Positions 12,671-40,602 of a stretch of DNA of 64,000 nt are shown piece by piece. The position numbers and the translations under genes were made by a program. Numbering within the stretch: position 1 is the first letter of the stretch; every line of letters starts with the position of its first letter. The DNA is from Lama guanicoe (taxonomy: Eukaryota): assembly GCA_013239625.1 (NCBI GenBank), contig MU053881.1, positions 15,058,373 to 15,122,372 on the forward strand, written 5' to 3'. The notes under the pieces were generated by a model. The model did no database searches. It saw only the letters and a program-made list of their open reading frames with translations, and was not told the origin of the DNA.

Positions 12671-15600
12671 AGATATTTATCCAACAGAAAAGAGGACAGT
12701 TTCACCAAAAGATGTAAACACAAAGGTCATGGTAGCCTCAAACTGAAAACAGCCCAAAGGTTCATCAACAGGTTGTTGGATAAACAAACAACAATGTGTT
12801 CACTGGTGGAATACTATGCAGCAAGGAAAAAGAATTACCAACTGCTGCATGCATCCCACAAGGGATCTCACCAGCACTGAGCAAAAGAAACAGGCACAAA
12901 ATGGATACATATTATGATTCTATTTACGTGAAGCTCACAAACAGGCCACAACTAATCTATGGTGACAAGAGGTTGGGCCAGGGGGTGACCTGGTGTGAAT
13001 TATCAGGGAGGCAAAGCAGTGACCACAAAGGGGCACAGGACCTTGGGGTAATGGAAATGTTCTCTATCTTGATTATGGGACAACAAGGCAGTTTACACTT
13101 GTCAAAACTCATTAAGCACTTAAAATGTTTGCATTATTAAATGTAACTTTTGCCTCCTTAAAGCAGGTTGATTAAACAAAAATGAAACAGGTCAGATGGA
13201 GCCAAGGAGATAGAGGTTAGACCTGGGGCTGCCTCTGGGAGGTGACTGAAAGGGAGCTCACGGGAGCCCTGGGGGCTGGGAGTGCCCTGCATTTGGGTCA
13301 CAGAGCTATACAGGAAAAATGGGTTCTCGTTGCTGTTTGTAAATTACACCTCAACTGAAAAGAAAATCCCTGGGGCTCAGAGAGGTAAGGAACTCACCCA
13401 AAGTTCCAGCAGGACAGTGTCAGACCTGTCCTACCCTGGAGCTCATCACCACCTCCTGATCTCATCACTTCATCCTTCCATTCAATCAACAAACATTTAT
13501 TATGCACCTGCTATACACCAGGGAGTAGGGATTCAATGTAAGCACACCAGACACGATTCCTGCCCCTCATGTTCCAGAATATTCCCCTAATGGGGAGGAC
13601 AAACCTGAGATATACAAACCAATCAATGGCCAAGACCTTTCCAGATGGTGATAGTTGCCACAAAGGCCAGGGGATGACACCAAAAAGGGAAGGAGTGCTT
13701 TAGCCAGGAGGTTAGAGAGAGCCTCTTTGAGGAGATGATGTCTCAGCTTTAATAAAGGCAGGAGACAGAATGTTCTAGGGTGTTCTGGGACATTCCAGAA
13801 CATTGTGGAAGGGCCCAGAATGTTCCTGAACATTTTAGGTGGATAATATGTATGGCCCAAGCTAGGTGCCAGAAAGAGCCTGAGGGTCAGGGACAAGACC
13901 ACACTGGCTGGGGGAATGTGGGCAAGGCTTGGAGTTAACAGAGAGAGTGTTGACAAAGATGTATTGAGAACAGCCTCCTCAGTGTGTGGGACACAGCTGT
14001 GACCGAGACTGCTACAGTGTCGCATCTGGCAGAGGGAACATTTATTAAACCAATCATCACACAAGCAAAGAAGCAATAACTTAATTGTCAACATGATAAA
14101 GGCTTCAGTTGGGGTGTAGTGATTTAAGGGGTCTGGGCTGAGCCAGGAGGTCAAGGAAGGACATTCAAGTTGAAGAGCTGGCCAGGAAAAGAGCAGAGAC
14201 TTCTAACCAGAGGCAACAGACTGTATGGGAATCCTGAGGAGGGAGCATGCCAGAAGCCACATGGAGCCTGGTAGGCTGGGTGTGAAGAGTGTGGTGGGCA
14301 GTGTCATGTGACCCAGGATCCCTAGAGGCTTCAGCTTCCCTGCTGGCCCTGAGCAGGGACCTGAGCAACCCCCAGCTGGGATCTGGCCTAAACATCCCCC
14401 CACAGGAGGGAAAGCTATGAGTCTCCATCCTGCCCTCCAAGCATTTACAGAGAGTCTCCAGAGACACCTCCCTCCTTCCCTTCCCACCCCTAGTCTCAGA
14501 ACTCAGGCTTGTTGCCAGGGAACCAGGACCGCCAGTTGCCATGGCAACCCTCGCTGTCCGGACATGTGGGAGCTCCTGCCTGTTGCCATGACACCAGCTA
14601 CCCACCCACCCTTCACCAGGTCTACAATGGGGTGCAAGAGGAAGGTGGAGGGAAGACGACAGAGGGCGGTTCCCAGATGGCTCATAGATCTGGGGGCAGA
14701 TGAGGAAACTGAGGCTCAGAGAGCTGCAGCAAGTCAGGACTCATCTGTGGGTCCGCTCTGCAGGTCCCTGGCCCTGGGAGGAGCCCTGGATGGAGGCAAA
14801 TGTCCCCCTCTCTCCTGAGACTCCAGAATAGTCTTCACTTGGCACTTGGGACCCCTCCCCCATGAAGCCTTTAGAAGGGCAGTTGATGTGAACAGGCATT
14901 ATTTTTCTCTGAATGCACACACATCCCTCCAACACACACATCCATGAACCTGGAACACTCTCCCTTCTTCATGGATTCTACCCATCCTTCAAAGTCCAAG
15001 TCAGCTGCCGCCTCTTCCAGGCAGACATCACTCACCACCTGGTTGGAGGGAACTCCTCTCTCATCTCCATACACCAATAGTGTAGTGCTCATGGTTTCTA
15101 CCCGCACCATCTGGCATTATACATTTTTCATCTATGAGACGTCCACTCTGGGCCCAGCCCTGGGCTGGTCACCAGGGCTTCAAGAATTAATACAGTAGAC
15201 ACACAGCAGCAAAGAAGCAAACTCTCTGCCCTTGCAGCTCAGTCTTGAGAGAGGGGAGAGAAGACAAAGAGAGAGGAATCAGTCACAAGTTCCAAGGAGC
15301 CCAACACAAATTGGCTTAAGCTAAAAATCAAGGGACATTATGGCTTCAGGCACAGCTTGATCCAGGACTTCCAGCAATGGCGTGAAGACATTCTCTCTCT
15401 CCATCCTCCAGCAGACTCTGTTGTCATAGTGACAAACAGCCCTTGGCAGCTTCAGACTCACATCCTCACAGCTCAGCAATCCCAGGGGATGTCTCTCTCC
15501 CAGTAAATCCCACCGATACCCCAGGAGGCTTGAGTTATGCTGCTCAACTTCCCCTGAGCCACATAGGTTTGATCAAACCAAACCAGAATTCTATTAGAAA

Positions 15601-16519
15601 GAAAGAAGAGAGTGATGAGTGCCAGGTAGAGTCCTACCAGGTCTGTGATGGCATTCTGAGCAGAAAGAACAGCTATAACAAAGATCTGAAGGTTGGGCCA
15701 TTGATGTGACTGCAGAAAACAGTGAGGATGAAGCCCACTATGTCTTCAGACCAAAAGGTGGGAGGGACATAACAAGAGAGGTGGCTGCCAGCTTAGCAAG
15801 GGGAATTAAAAGCCCTTAAACGGAAAGCAGAGGAAATTAGGTGGTATCTGTGGGCAACAGGGAGCCTGCTGGTGAGGGACAAGGTCAGATCCCATGTAGG
15901 GAATGGACTTGACCAAGTGAAGCTGCTTCTGAGGTCTGACAGAGAAGCAGGGAGACAGCCAGGTAAAAATAATTACTGATAACCTCCATGCCAGGTCACA
16001 TGAGACCTTTGGGAGCTGCCCTCATGGAGCTTATAAAACTATGTTAAAGGAAGCCAACATTGAAACAAATAATTATTCATCAACTACAATTGCACTGAGT
16101 GTTCTGGCCAGCACCAGGTGTTTGAGCTATATTAGTACAGGTACTGGACACGTGAATGAAAAAATCATGTACCCACAGAATGGTGAGCAAATAAAATGAT
16201 TGTTGTTTTTTAAAAAAAAAACTGTAAATGTGGTAAGCACAGGGAAGACGAACAGGGAGCTGAACATTGATATGACAGGGGATGCTGGCCCAGTCCAGGG
16301 TGGCAGGGATGTCTTTGGCTGAGGAAGAGCCCTTTTTGTTGAGAACTTGGATAGAGCAGGGCTTCGAGGGAGTTCCTGGCTAAGGGAAATGCACGTGCAA
16401 AGGCCCTGGGGCTAGAAGAAACAAGGTGGGCTTGAGGAATCCAAAAAGATTCCATGTGGCTGCAGCATAGTGGGCAAGGGGCAAAGCCTCCATAGAAGTA
16501 TCTGGAGATGTTAATAGTT

Positions 16520-16652
16520 GTACTTTATTATTTGGGAGGAGAGGTAATTCGGTATGTACGTATGTATGTATGTATTTGGGGGTTCTAAGGATTAAATCCA
16601 GGACCTCGTGCATGCTAAGCATGCACTCTACCACTGAGCTATATCCTCCCCT
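16520..16652 (-). mobile_element. tRNA-Ala-derived SINE (Vic-1-like)
   Basis: ggattaaatccaggacctcgtgcatgctaagcatgcactctaccactgagctatatcctcccc; flanking near-repeat tctgga(g/a)atgttaat. Confidence 0.85.
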
Positions 16653-18668
16653 CTGGAAATGTTAATTAGACCAAATCCTGGGGGCCTTGTTGGTTCCTGT
16701 GGATATTTGGGCTCCTCGTGGCAGCACTAAACCTCAGTAGTGGGTAATGTCTAGGATCAGATTTGCTTTATACCAATAGCTCCCCAGTTGCTGCATGAAG
16801 CTGGAAGGTGGCTGGAGGGAAAACAGGGATCCCCAAGAGGAGACGAGCACATTCGTTGGGCGAGAATTAGTGGTAGCTTGGATCTTGGTTGTTGCCATGG
16901 AGATACAGAGAAGCTTGTGGTCTGGAGGCTAAGAGGACAGGTCCTGCTGATGGGATAAGGTAGAGTGAGGACAGAGAAGAATCAAGACGCCACCCATGTG
17001 TCTAGAACCACTGCAATGGAGAGACTGGGGCAGGGCGGGTATGCAAGGGAAATGACAGCCAAGGTCCCCTTTGAGCTAGGCTGAGGAATTATGGTCACCA
17101 TTTAAATTAACAGTAGTGATCATTGCACACCATTGTGGATGTACCTAATACCACTGAATTGTTGGCAAAAACGGCAAATTTTATGTGATGCATATTTTTT
17201 ACCACCACAAAAAAAGTAGAGGAAAAACCTTAAATGTACAACAACTCAAGCTAAAGAAAATGAGAAACACAGTCCTTAAGTCACACTGGCCACTTTGCAA
17301 GGGCTCTGTAAAACCATGCAGCTGGGAGTGGCACATATAGAATGTTTCCGTCGTCATGGAAAGTTCTACTGGGCAGCACTGGCCTGCCGTTGATTCTCGC
17401 CTCTGCCCAGCTCTTATTCCCTGACAATGTTCCTAGGGACTACTCCAAAACCCCACGCTGGGCCCAGAAGAAACCCCTGGGAGTCTAAATTGCCTTTATG
17501 TTGAGTCCTGATGTTCATATCAGGCAGGGTCCTGGTAGGGAGCAGGAGGCACTCAGAATGGATGATTCAGGAGAGTGGTAATAAAGGGGCTACTCGCAAA
17601 GGTGTAGCAGAATTGGGTAACTGACATGGGGTGGTAAAGCATGTAGGATGGGCAACAGCAGGGAGCTGAAGGCTCACTTGGTGGAGCTATGGCCTTGGGT
17701 TGGGGGATGTAGGGAGGGAAATGGGGAGAGAAGCCCCTCGACTTCTTCCTTCCACCTCCTGCTGGTGGCCCCCTGCGGCTGACTCTCGCAGAAGGCTGAG
17801 GGCCCAGGTGAATCAACCTCCAGGGATATAAGGTGGGTGAAGGGTGGAGGGGCAGACAACTAGTCCCACTCAGCTCTCAAACTCACCTTCCCCCAAACAC
17901 CCATCCATCACCCACAAGCCTCCATCAGCCCCAGGAAACCTCTGTCCCACTGGCCATCATGGGCCACATCCAAAACTCTTCCAGATGTGGCCCCCACCAG
18001 CCAGGCATCTCTGGTTGCCAGCAACAGAAATGACTCCAGCTGACTTAACTAAAAGATTTATCGGAAGGATCTTGGGGAGTCTGCAGAATGGACAGGAAGG
18101 ATGGAGTGCCATGGCTGTGGCCTCATCAGGGGTCAGGCCTGGGCTGCTTCTGTCTTGCAAGACTCCTTTTGAATGCAAAGTGCAGGGAAAGAATGCCAAG
18201 TCTGGGCCCCTTGGGTAGGGAAGGGGAGAGAACTTGTGGGAAGGGGCCTGAGGTTGCCTCCAGCCTGCAACGGGGCAGAGCTCCATTCCCAAAAGAAAGG
18301 AGGATGGAAGCCAAGTGGTGACAAAATTAACAAATGTCCTTTTCAAGAAGTGACCTGTCCATTTCACAGGAGGGACATGTGGGCCCAGGAAAGGGCACTG
18401 ACCCACACAGGCCAGGCAGGTGGCACAAGTCACTTCTCCAGAGACTCCCCCAGTTAGGATAGTGATGTGGGCTGGGTAGCAGAGACTGTCCTTCCAGATG
18501 GCACCTGTTTTGCACCACTCAAGCCTCAAGGAGTTCCCGGGGCCTTCCCCCATCTCAGAAAGGGCCTGGTGGGCAGGGGTCATGGTCATGCTCAGGCCAC
18601 TCCCCAAGGGGCAAACAAAAAGACCAACAGAAGCAGGCTCAGTCCCAGACTTTTTTTCATATACAGGG

Positions 18669-18674
18669 TTTATT
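18669..18674 (-). terminator. TMEM59L polyadenylation signal AATAAA
   Basis: tttatt on the + strand, about 500 nt downstream of the TMEM59L stop. Confidence 0.7.
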
Positions 18675-19176
18675 CCTCCCAACCCCCGTGCTGCAACTCC
18701 AGGCTCATCCACACCGCCAGCATGAAGCTACCCACCGCCTCCTGCCTCCGAGCATCCTCTAGTCCTGTCCTCTCATGGGGCTAGATCTCCACAGGTGGGG
18801 CGGGGAGAAAAGGGGAAGCCCTAGCACAAGGCGGCTCCCCTGCGGCCTCAGACCCCCAGAGAGGGGAGAGAGGAGGAAGGAGATAGGCAGCACAGAAGGG
18901 GTTCCAATTCTCAAGAAGCTATACAATAGAAGACAAAAGTAACGATAGAAGACAAAAGTAATGCTCTGGGGGAAGGGGGCAGAGAGAACTAAGGCCAGAC
19001 CCTGCACCCTCAGCAGGGCCATGGAAACCCCAGGATCCAGGGAGTGGGGGCAGGGCTGGGGAGAGAAGAATTTAGGGAAGGAGGAGCCTAAGGATGGTTC
19101 TGCCCTGGCCTGGACTCCTAGGCAAAGGGCAAGTGAGGCCAGAGAAGCCCCAGTCCTTGGCAATGGAGCCCCAGTC

Positions 19177-23770
<4,594 letters not shown>

Positions 23771-26700
23771 TCACCCGAGCGAGGCAGCCTGGGAAGTGGG
23801 GGTGGGGGATGCGGAGAACGGGCGGGGGAGTGGCGCTGCCGCACCGTCGGGGTGCAGGCGGGGCGAGGCAGGTGGATTGTGGCTCCTGCCATCTGTCCCA
23901 TCTCGGGAATGCCATGACACCTCCTTCGTATCCATGGAGGAGGGAATCTCAGTCATCTCTAGGGGCCAAAAGCAGAGTGGTAGAATGGAGGAGAGATCTA
24001 TTTCAGGGGGGATCAGGGAAGGCCTCCTAGAGGCGACGTTCGAGCTGGCCCCGCGAGGAGGGCAATCGAGGCAGAGGAAACAGCAAGGGCCTTAGGAGGG
24101 GACGAGCTTGTTGGAAAAGGTAGGAGGGTGGTGGGCAGGCTGGAGCCCAGCCAGAGAGTGGAGATGGAGGGTCGTGAGGGTCGCAGGGCTGATTAGAGAA
24201 GGCCTTGAGAAGGTCTGTGGCATCATCTCCTTTGATATCCAAATCAGAAGAATGGTAACTTGAGGGCAGTTTTCCTCCTTTAGGAAGCCCTCTGGGACCC
24301 TCCAGAGTTCCCCCACCCTCTCCTCACTCTGACCAAGCCCTGATCCACAGACCTGGGGTATCTGGACCCTGCTCCCCAGACTGGGGGTCCCTCAGCCTGA
24401 GGCTGAGTGGGAGGGACACAGAGGTGCTGATGGGGCGATGGAGTACTGCTAAAATTTCTAAATCCTGTGGGAAAACTTGGGGGCAAACAGGGGCACTTCT
24501 GGCTTCCATAACTGCTTCACTCCAGGGTGACAGTGTAGCCCCATGAATCTTGGGTTAGGAGGTCCCCTAGTTTCCTCTCCGGCAGGCACGGGAGTGGCGG
24601 CGCTCTTCTAAGCCTGTGTCCTCTGCAAAAATGATCCCCCACTCCCTGGGGTTCCCCGCGCAGGTGCCTGTCGCCTGCACTTCTTCCATCCATGCTCCGT
24701 GCTCCGCCCCCGCAGACAAGGCGGCAGCCGCTCGGGGTCCGCCGGTCAGAGGGCGCCGCAGGTTCCGGCCAAAGAAGAGGGGACGAGGAGGGAGAGCCTA
24801 GCGCGCCCCCTCCCCCGGCAGGCCGCCGCGCTTTCATCTCCGCGGCCTCGGCCAGCCCCCACGTGGCTTAATCAGGCGCGGCTGTGCCTGGCGGACCCTG
24901 AACATCTGGATCCTCGCGCGGCCCCTCCCCCGCCCCGCCCCGCCCCTCCCGGGCTAGGCCGCCGCGACCCTGCAGCGAGGGCCTCCAGCCTGTGGTTTGC
25001 GCGAGAGCCAAAGAACCCCGCGTCTAACTCACCGCGCGCCAGACCTGCGCTTTGGGAAACAGCCGTTGGTTATGACCAATACTGTCCCCCATTTCACAGG
25101 TGGGAAACTTAGTCCCCAGGACTCCTCTGCAGAGCCAGGATTCAAGCCCACACATGTCAATTCCAGAGCTCCGCGCGCTGAAGCCTTCCACAATTAATTT
25201 TCTTCATTCATTCCAAACAAAACAGTCCCCAAGTATTTTCTTGTAACAACGCTACAAGGAAGTAGTGGTAGCCCTTGTCCAATTTACAGACGAGGAAACT
25301 GAGGCTTAGGGTGGCAAAGGGCGTCGGCCCAGGTGACAAGCAAGAGAAGCAAGAAGAGGTGGGCAGAACCCTGCCAAGACTGGGAGGAGGGACGTCAGGG
25401 GAATCAGGCGCCTCTTAAAGCTCAACAGGGAAGGAAGGACACCCGTGACCTTTTAAAAGCGGAAGGGGAAACTGAGGCCAGAGGACTTGGGATACTGGCC
25501 TAGGTCGCCAGGGAGAAGGAGTGAGAAGGTTTGATCGCCTGCCACCCACCCCCCTTTCCGCTCCAAGAGGCCGCCTGGAGCGGGAGCGGAAGGAGGACTT
25601 GACCCCGGCCCCCCAGGTGAGCCCCCGCGCCCCTCCTGCCATTCCCGAGGGATCAGGTCCAGGTGAGGGGAGGGCGGGCCGGCGGGCGGCCGGGGTCGGG
25701 TTTCAGGAAATCCGCCGACATTCCTTCGGGGCTTAAGAGGGAAAGTTGACTCGGCGCCGCCCCTCGCCCCCCTTCTACTTCCTACCCCCCGGGGCGGCCC
25801 GGCTGGGGCTGCAGGCGGGGGGCGCTGCGGCCCGCCTGGACGTGAATCAGAGGCGGGCCGGGCGTCCGGGAAGCCGCTGCCGAGGTTAGGGCGGGCATCG
25901 GACAAGCGCCCTTTGTCCCTTGCCGCCCTCGCCGCGACCCCGCTGACCCCCACCCCCAAGCCGGGTACAGGCTGGGGAGCAGGCTAGGCACCATGGCGCC
26001 GGCGTTTGCTGACAGTGGTGGGGGAAGGGGCACAGTTGTTACCCCCAACATGGCTGGCGCCTCCTGGAACCCAGACATCCAAGGTTCTCCAGGGTGCAGA
26101 GGGGCATGGAACTCTCCATGACCCGGTGAACACTGGCCCTGACCTGGACATAGGCAACTTTGCATTCCTGAAGTTCCCCCTCCGATGCCTATGGGGACCA
26201 GATTTTTAATATACAGACTGCACAAAGTCTGGGATCCAGGCAACCCATCTCCCCAGGCTCAACCTCCAGGATGGAAATGATAAAGCCCCTTCTTCTGTAT
26301 ACAGATCCTGAACCTGGGTTCTGCTGCCCCAAGCCCATGTCCAGACCAGCCCGTCTTTATTCTCACTTCCTCAGAACACTGGCCTGGAATAAAAGTCAGC
26401 TAATCCCATACGGAGGAGCCCTGACAATGGGGGTCTCAGCATAGGAGGGGCAGCTCTGTGCCCTCCTCACCCCTTGTGGGACCCTGTTACCACTGCCCCC
26501 TCCCTATATCCACCCAATGCCCTGAAATTATGCAGGGAGCTGGGCTGGAGGGTCTCCCCCAACATAATCCTTAGGTGCAAAGTGTGCAAGACTAAGGAGG
26601 AGCTCCTCCTCCAGCCAGTATGGTGCCCTCCCTCCGTCTGTCCCCTCAGTACATTCCCAGCCATGTTCAAGAACTTGAGTCAATATTTGTCAGAAGTTCC

Positions 26701-27706
26701 ATCAATGCTGGTTCCCCTTCCTGCACAATAGGTGGTGGGACTGAGGAGGAAGGGGTTAAGCCACTGGGAGAACCAAGGGCAGAGAAGGGTGCACCTAGAC
26801 AACAAATCTCTTTCCTTAAAGTCTATGAAGTAAAGGTCACCCAGAGGGCAGAGGGCAGAGGGAATGCTCCAGGGCGGGGCTGGGCAAATGATCCATACCC
26901 TTTTACAGGTAAGGACCAGAGAGGGGTGGCTACCATCTTGGATCAAATAGCAAGTCAAGAGACATGAGCCTGGCTTGGACACCACACAGCATGATTCACT
27001 GGTACTGAGTTTTCTTGCTACTTGGAGAGACTAAGAATTCTCCATCCTTTCATTTTTCAAGTGTTCATTGAGCTCTTGTGTGGCCCTCACTGGCCCCAGC
27101 ATGGAGTCCGAATGGCTCATAGGGTGTTCAGTCTAAAGAAAATGTCTCAAGAAAAAGATGATTGGAGAGCTGTGTTACAAAGACAGTTTAAAAAGGAAGG
27201 GAAAGAAGGGTGTCTGGAAAGGGTGGGAAGCCCCCTCTGAGAATGCTTGACCTGTGACCTGATGGAAGAGAAGGTGCTAACGGGGAAGGTTTGGGGGAAC
27301 TGCATCCCTGCAGAGGGAACAGCAAATGTGCAGATCTTGTGATAATAACAACCCTAGTGTGTTTGGGGAAACGGGGCTGTAGCAGCTGGAGCGGAGTGAG
27401 GGAAAGGAAGGAAGAGGATGAAGAGAGTGGAGAAAAGGAGAGGGGAGAGGGCAGGGCAGAGAAGATCCTCTTTCTTCTTTCATCTGTGCAGCTGTGCAGA
27501 CGAGGGCAGGAGAGTTTACCAGGGAAGCCCAAGAGGAGGCTGGCCGGCATTGCAGAAGTAGATGGTGGGCCCTGGACTGGAATAGGGTAGGGAAAAGGGG
27601 TCAGAATCTCAGAATGGGGATGTATTTTGGAATCAGAGCCAAGAGGATTTGCTGATGGATTGGACGTGAGGGAGGGAGAGAGTTGTCATGTGCACCTCCA
27701 GGTCTA

Positions 27707-27760
27707 GGTGGATGGGGGAGCATCTGGGTGGATGGGGGAGCATCTGGGTGGATGGGGGAG
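27707..27760. repeat. 20-bp tandem repeat, about 2.7 copies
   Basis: ggtggatgggggagcatctg repeated. Confidence 0.85.
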
Positions 27761-29823
27761 ACTGGGGAATGACAAAGGGAGGAGCAGAGACTGGGGGGTG
27801 GGGGTGGATATCAAAATTTTGCTCCAGAAGCCTAAAGTCCTCCAGGAGGGAGTCAAATGTTGCAGGGCAGAGGTGGCATATATCCTGGAAACACCGTTTC
27901 AGCCAAGAACTGCCATCTCCACTTAACTCTCTGGACCACCTAGCAGAAGAGACTATGGCCCCATTTTTCAGAGGTGACAGACTGAGGCTCCAAAGGACCA
28001 TGCCCACAGTGCCAGGTGCTATGCTAAGTGTTTAGATAGTGTAGCCTTCTCTTACATTGTAATGTCCCACAGAAACCCTTAGGCTGGCTAGGAGTCGTAC
28101 ACTGCGTAGGGAGGAAACTAAGGCAAAGAAGCCTGGTTTGCCCCAGTTAGCATCGCACCATGCCGGGGCTGCTGTGCTCTCTTCCTCACAAACCCATCCA
28201 AAGTCCGGAAGGGTGGGGGCGAGGGACGCACCGAGGACTCTATCTTTCAGTCCTCTTTTCTGACAGCCTGAGATCTGAGTTGGGTATCCAAGTTGGAGGG
28301 GTGTGGTAGAGGGCAGCCTTGAGCAAACAGGATGAGAACTCCTGAGCCCCCCTCAGACACTTTTACCCCCTTGGTTGGTTAAGGACCTTAAAGGCGGGTC
28401 CAGGCCTATAAGGGAACCCCTTGGAAGAGGGAGTTAGAGCCCTTCCCCTCGGAGGGCACTCGGCTGGGGGCGGGGCTGCGACTCAAACCGCGGGGTTGGA
28501 GGCGGCCCCGGAACTCTCATTTCAGGCTCCCCCTCCACCCGCGCCTTGGAGGCCAGGAGCCCTTTTATCTTGGGCGCCCCGAGTCGGGTGGGGACGGAGA
28601 GGAGGGGGATGAGGCGCCCGGGCCGGGAGGGGTCCCGAAACCCAAGCAGTGGCCAAAAATAATAACTCGGAGAAGGATCCTTGTGCAAAAAAAAAAGACA
28701 AAGTATGCTTCGCTCGGGGCAGCCGGCATTACCTGGAGCCGGCGGGCGGCGGCCGCCCGAGCGATTACTCACTGCGTGGCGCACCCCACCCGCGGGCCGC
28801 TGAGCGGATTTTTCCGTGGGGGGTGTCTCAGCGAGTCGGGGGGGGGCCTCCTTTCTGCTCTCCTCCTGGGAATCTCTCCAGCCCCGCATACACAACCCGC
28901 GCAGGCTCCCGTCCCCTTTCCCACGGGGGCCCATTTTCCCTGTCTGCCCACGCAGGAACTCTCTCCTGAGGCCCCCAGGTGCCCCCAAGGAACCTCAGTT
29001 CCGTCCCGCTCGAGGGGGACAGCTGAGCCACGGCGAAGTCCGGGAACTCTGTGCCTTGCAGCTTTCTCCGTCTTCCCCTGCAAAGCCTCGGGCCGAGGCT
29101 GCGCGCGGAGGACCAGAAGAGGCGGGATGAAGTGGGAGGGGGAGCGCTGAGCCGAGACCAGTGGGACCCGCGCGCCGATGGCGTGGGGCAAGAGGGTCGA
29201 TTTTTAGGCTCCCGGGGAGGAAAGGGGGCTGGAGATGGGAGCAGGCGGGGCTCAGGGACCGCTTAAAGAGTTGGGGTGGGGGTCCAGGCAGAGGATGAGA
29301 GGGAGACTGGCCAGGGCTGGGGGCCTCAGGGGACGCTGAAGGGGCACAAGGCTGAGCGCAGGGTGCAGGGAAGTGGACAGGGGTATGGAAACGCAACTGG
29401 GGGCGCCAGGTCCCAGATTGGGGGTGGGGAGCCTGGAGCTGGCGGGGTTGGAAAGGGAGGTCCCAGGTCTGTAAGGATTGAGTTGGGGGTTTGGGGCCGC
29501 GGGACAGGGCGCGTGCGGTGCGCGGCGGGGCGGAGGCCGGACGGGTGGGGCCCGCGGTGCCCGCGGGCGGGCAGGCGGTGGGGAGGCCGGTGCGGGGCCC
29601 GCCGCCCCCCCGGAGCCGGGCCGGGGGCGGGGCCGGGCGGGGCCAGCGGCGCATTAGCGCCTTGTCAATTCGGCTGCTCAGACTTGCTCCGGCCTCCACG
29701 CCCGCGCCCAGCGACGTGCGGGCTGCTTGGCCCGCGCCCTCCCGCGCCCGGCCTGCGCCCCGCGTCCAGCGCCGCCACCGCCGCAGCCGCCGTCTGCCGC
29801 GCGCCCCCGGCAGCGCCGGCCCC

Positions 29824-39868
<10,045 letters not shown>

Positions 39869-40149
39869 GCTCTAGAGGCTGGGGCTGCCCTCCCTGCTGC
39901 ATGGAGACGCAGGGGCCACACCCAGACTGGGGGCCACCTCTGTACCCCCACCTCAGGGTGCTCCAGCCCTCTCAGCAATTGGAGCGAGCACTCTGAGCTC
40001 TGAGGGCCACACCAGCTCTGGCCTCCATGTGAGGCGCACCCCAGTGGAGGGTGTGTGTGTTTGTGAGGGTGGGCCGCCTTGCAGAACACCTGCCAGGGCT
40101 GGGGGTGAAGAAGGCCATCCCCTACCCAGGGCCCCCTCCAGTCTTTTTA

Positions 40150-40155
40150 AATAAA
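40150..40155 (+). terminator. CRLF1 polyadenylation signal AATAAA
   Basis: aataaa about 280 nt after the stop codon, followed by GT-rich sequence. Confidence 0.75.
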
Positions 40156-40461
40156 CAAGCTATTTAGCTGCCCTGATTGTGAAGGTGAGTGTGGGGCTAG
40201 ACTGGCCTGGGATAGGGGCTGTGGGGTTTCGGGGGAGACATGAGAATCCTAATGACCCTTTGGGACGGGAATCTTCACCTCGCAGAATTTCTGACTCTCT
40301 CCACGATCTGAAATATCTGGTTCTAAACTTCTTGGGGAGTGTGATTCAAAACATCAGAGTCAGGGAGGGGAAGAATCTTGCACCCACTTTTCCTAGCTTT
40401 GTGGACCCCACCTCAGCACCCCAGGACAGAGGCAGCTGCAGACAAAAGGTTCTTTAGGTTT

Positions 40462-40467
40462 TTTATT
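40462..40467 (-). terminator. REX1BD polyadenylation signal AATAAA
   Basis: tttatt on the + strand, about 135 nt after the REX1BD stop. Confidence 0.7.
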
Positions 40468-40602
40468 GTGAGAGGTGAGGCGAACTTGAAGAGGATCAGT
40501 AGCCCAGTGGGGCGAGACCCCAGCCAGCTGGTGGTCAGGGCTGGGCCGGATGCCGTCTGTTCCATTTCCCATCTCCTTCGGCTCATCCCTGGGGAGCCAC
40601 CA

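Noticed and set aside
23830..24435. REST/RE1 site for neuron-enriched TMEM59L
   Set aside because: Only isolated half-site-like strings (ggcgctgcc, ggtgctga); no convincing full motif by eye.
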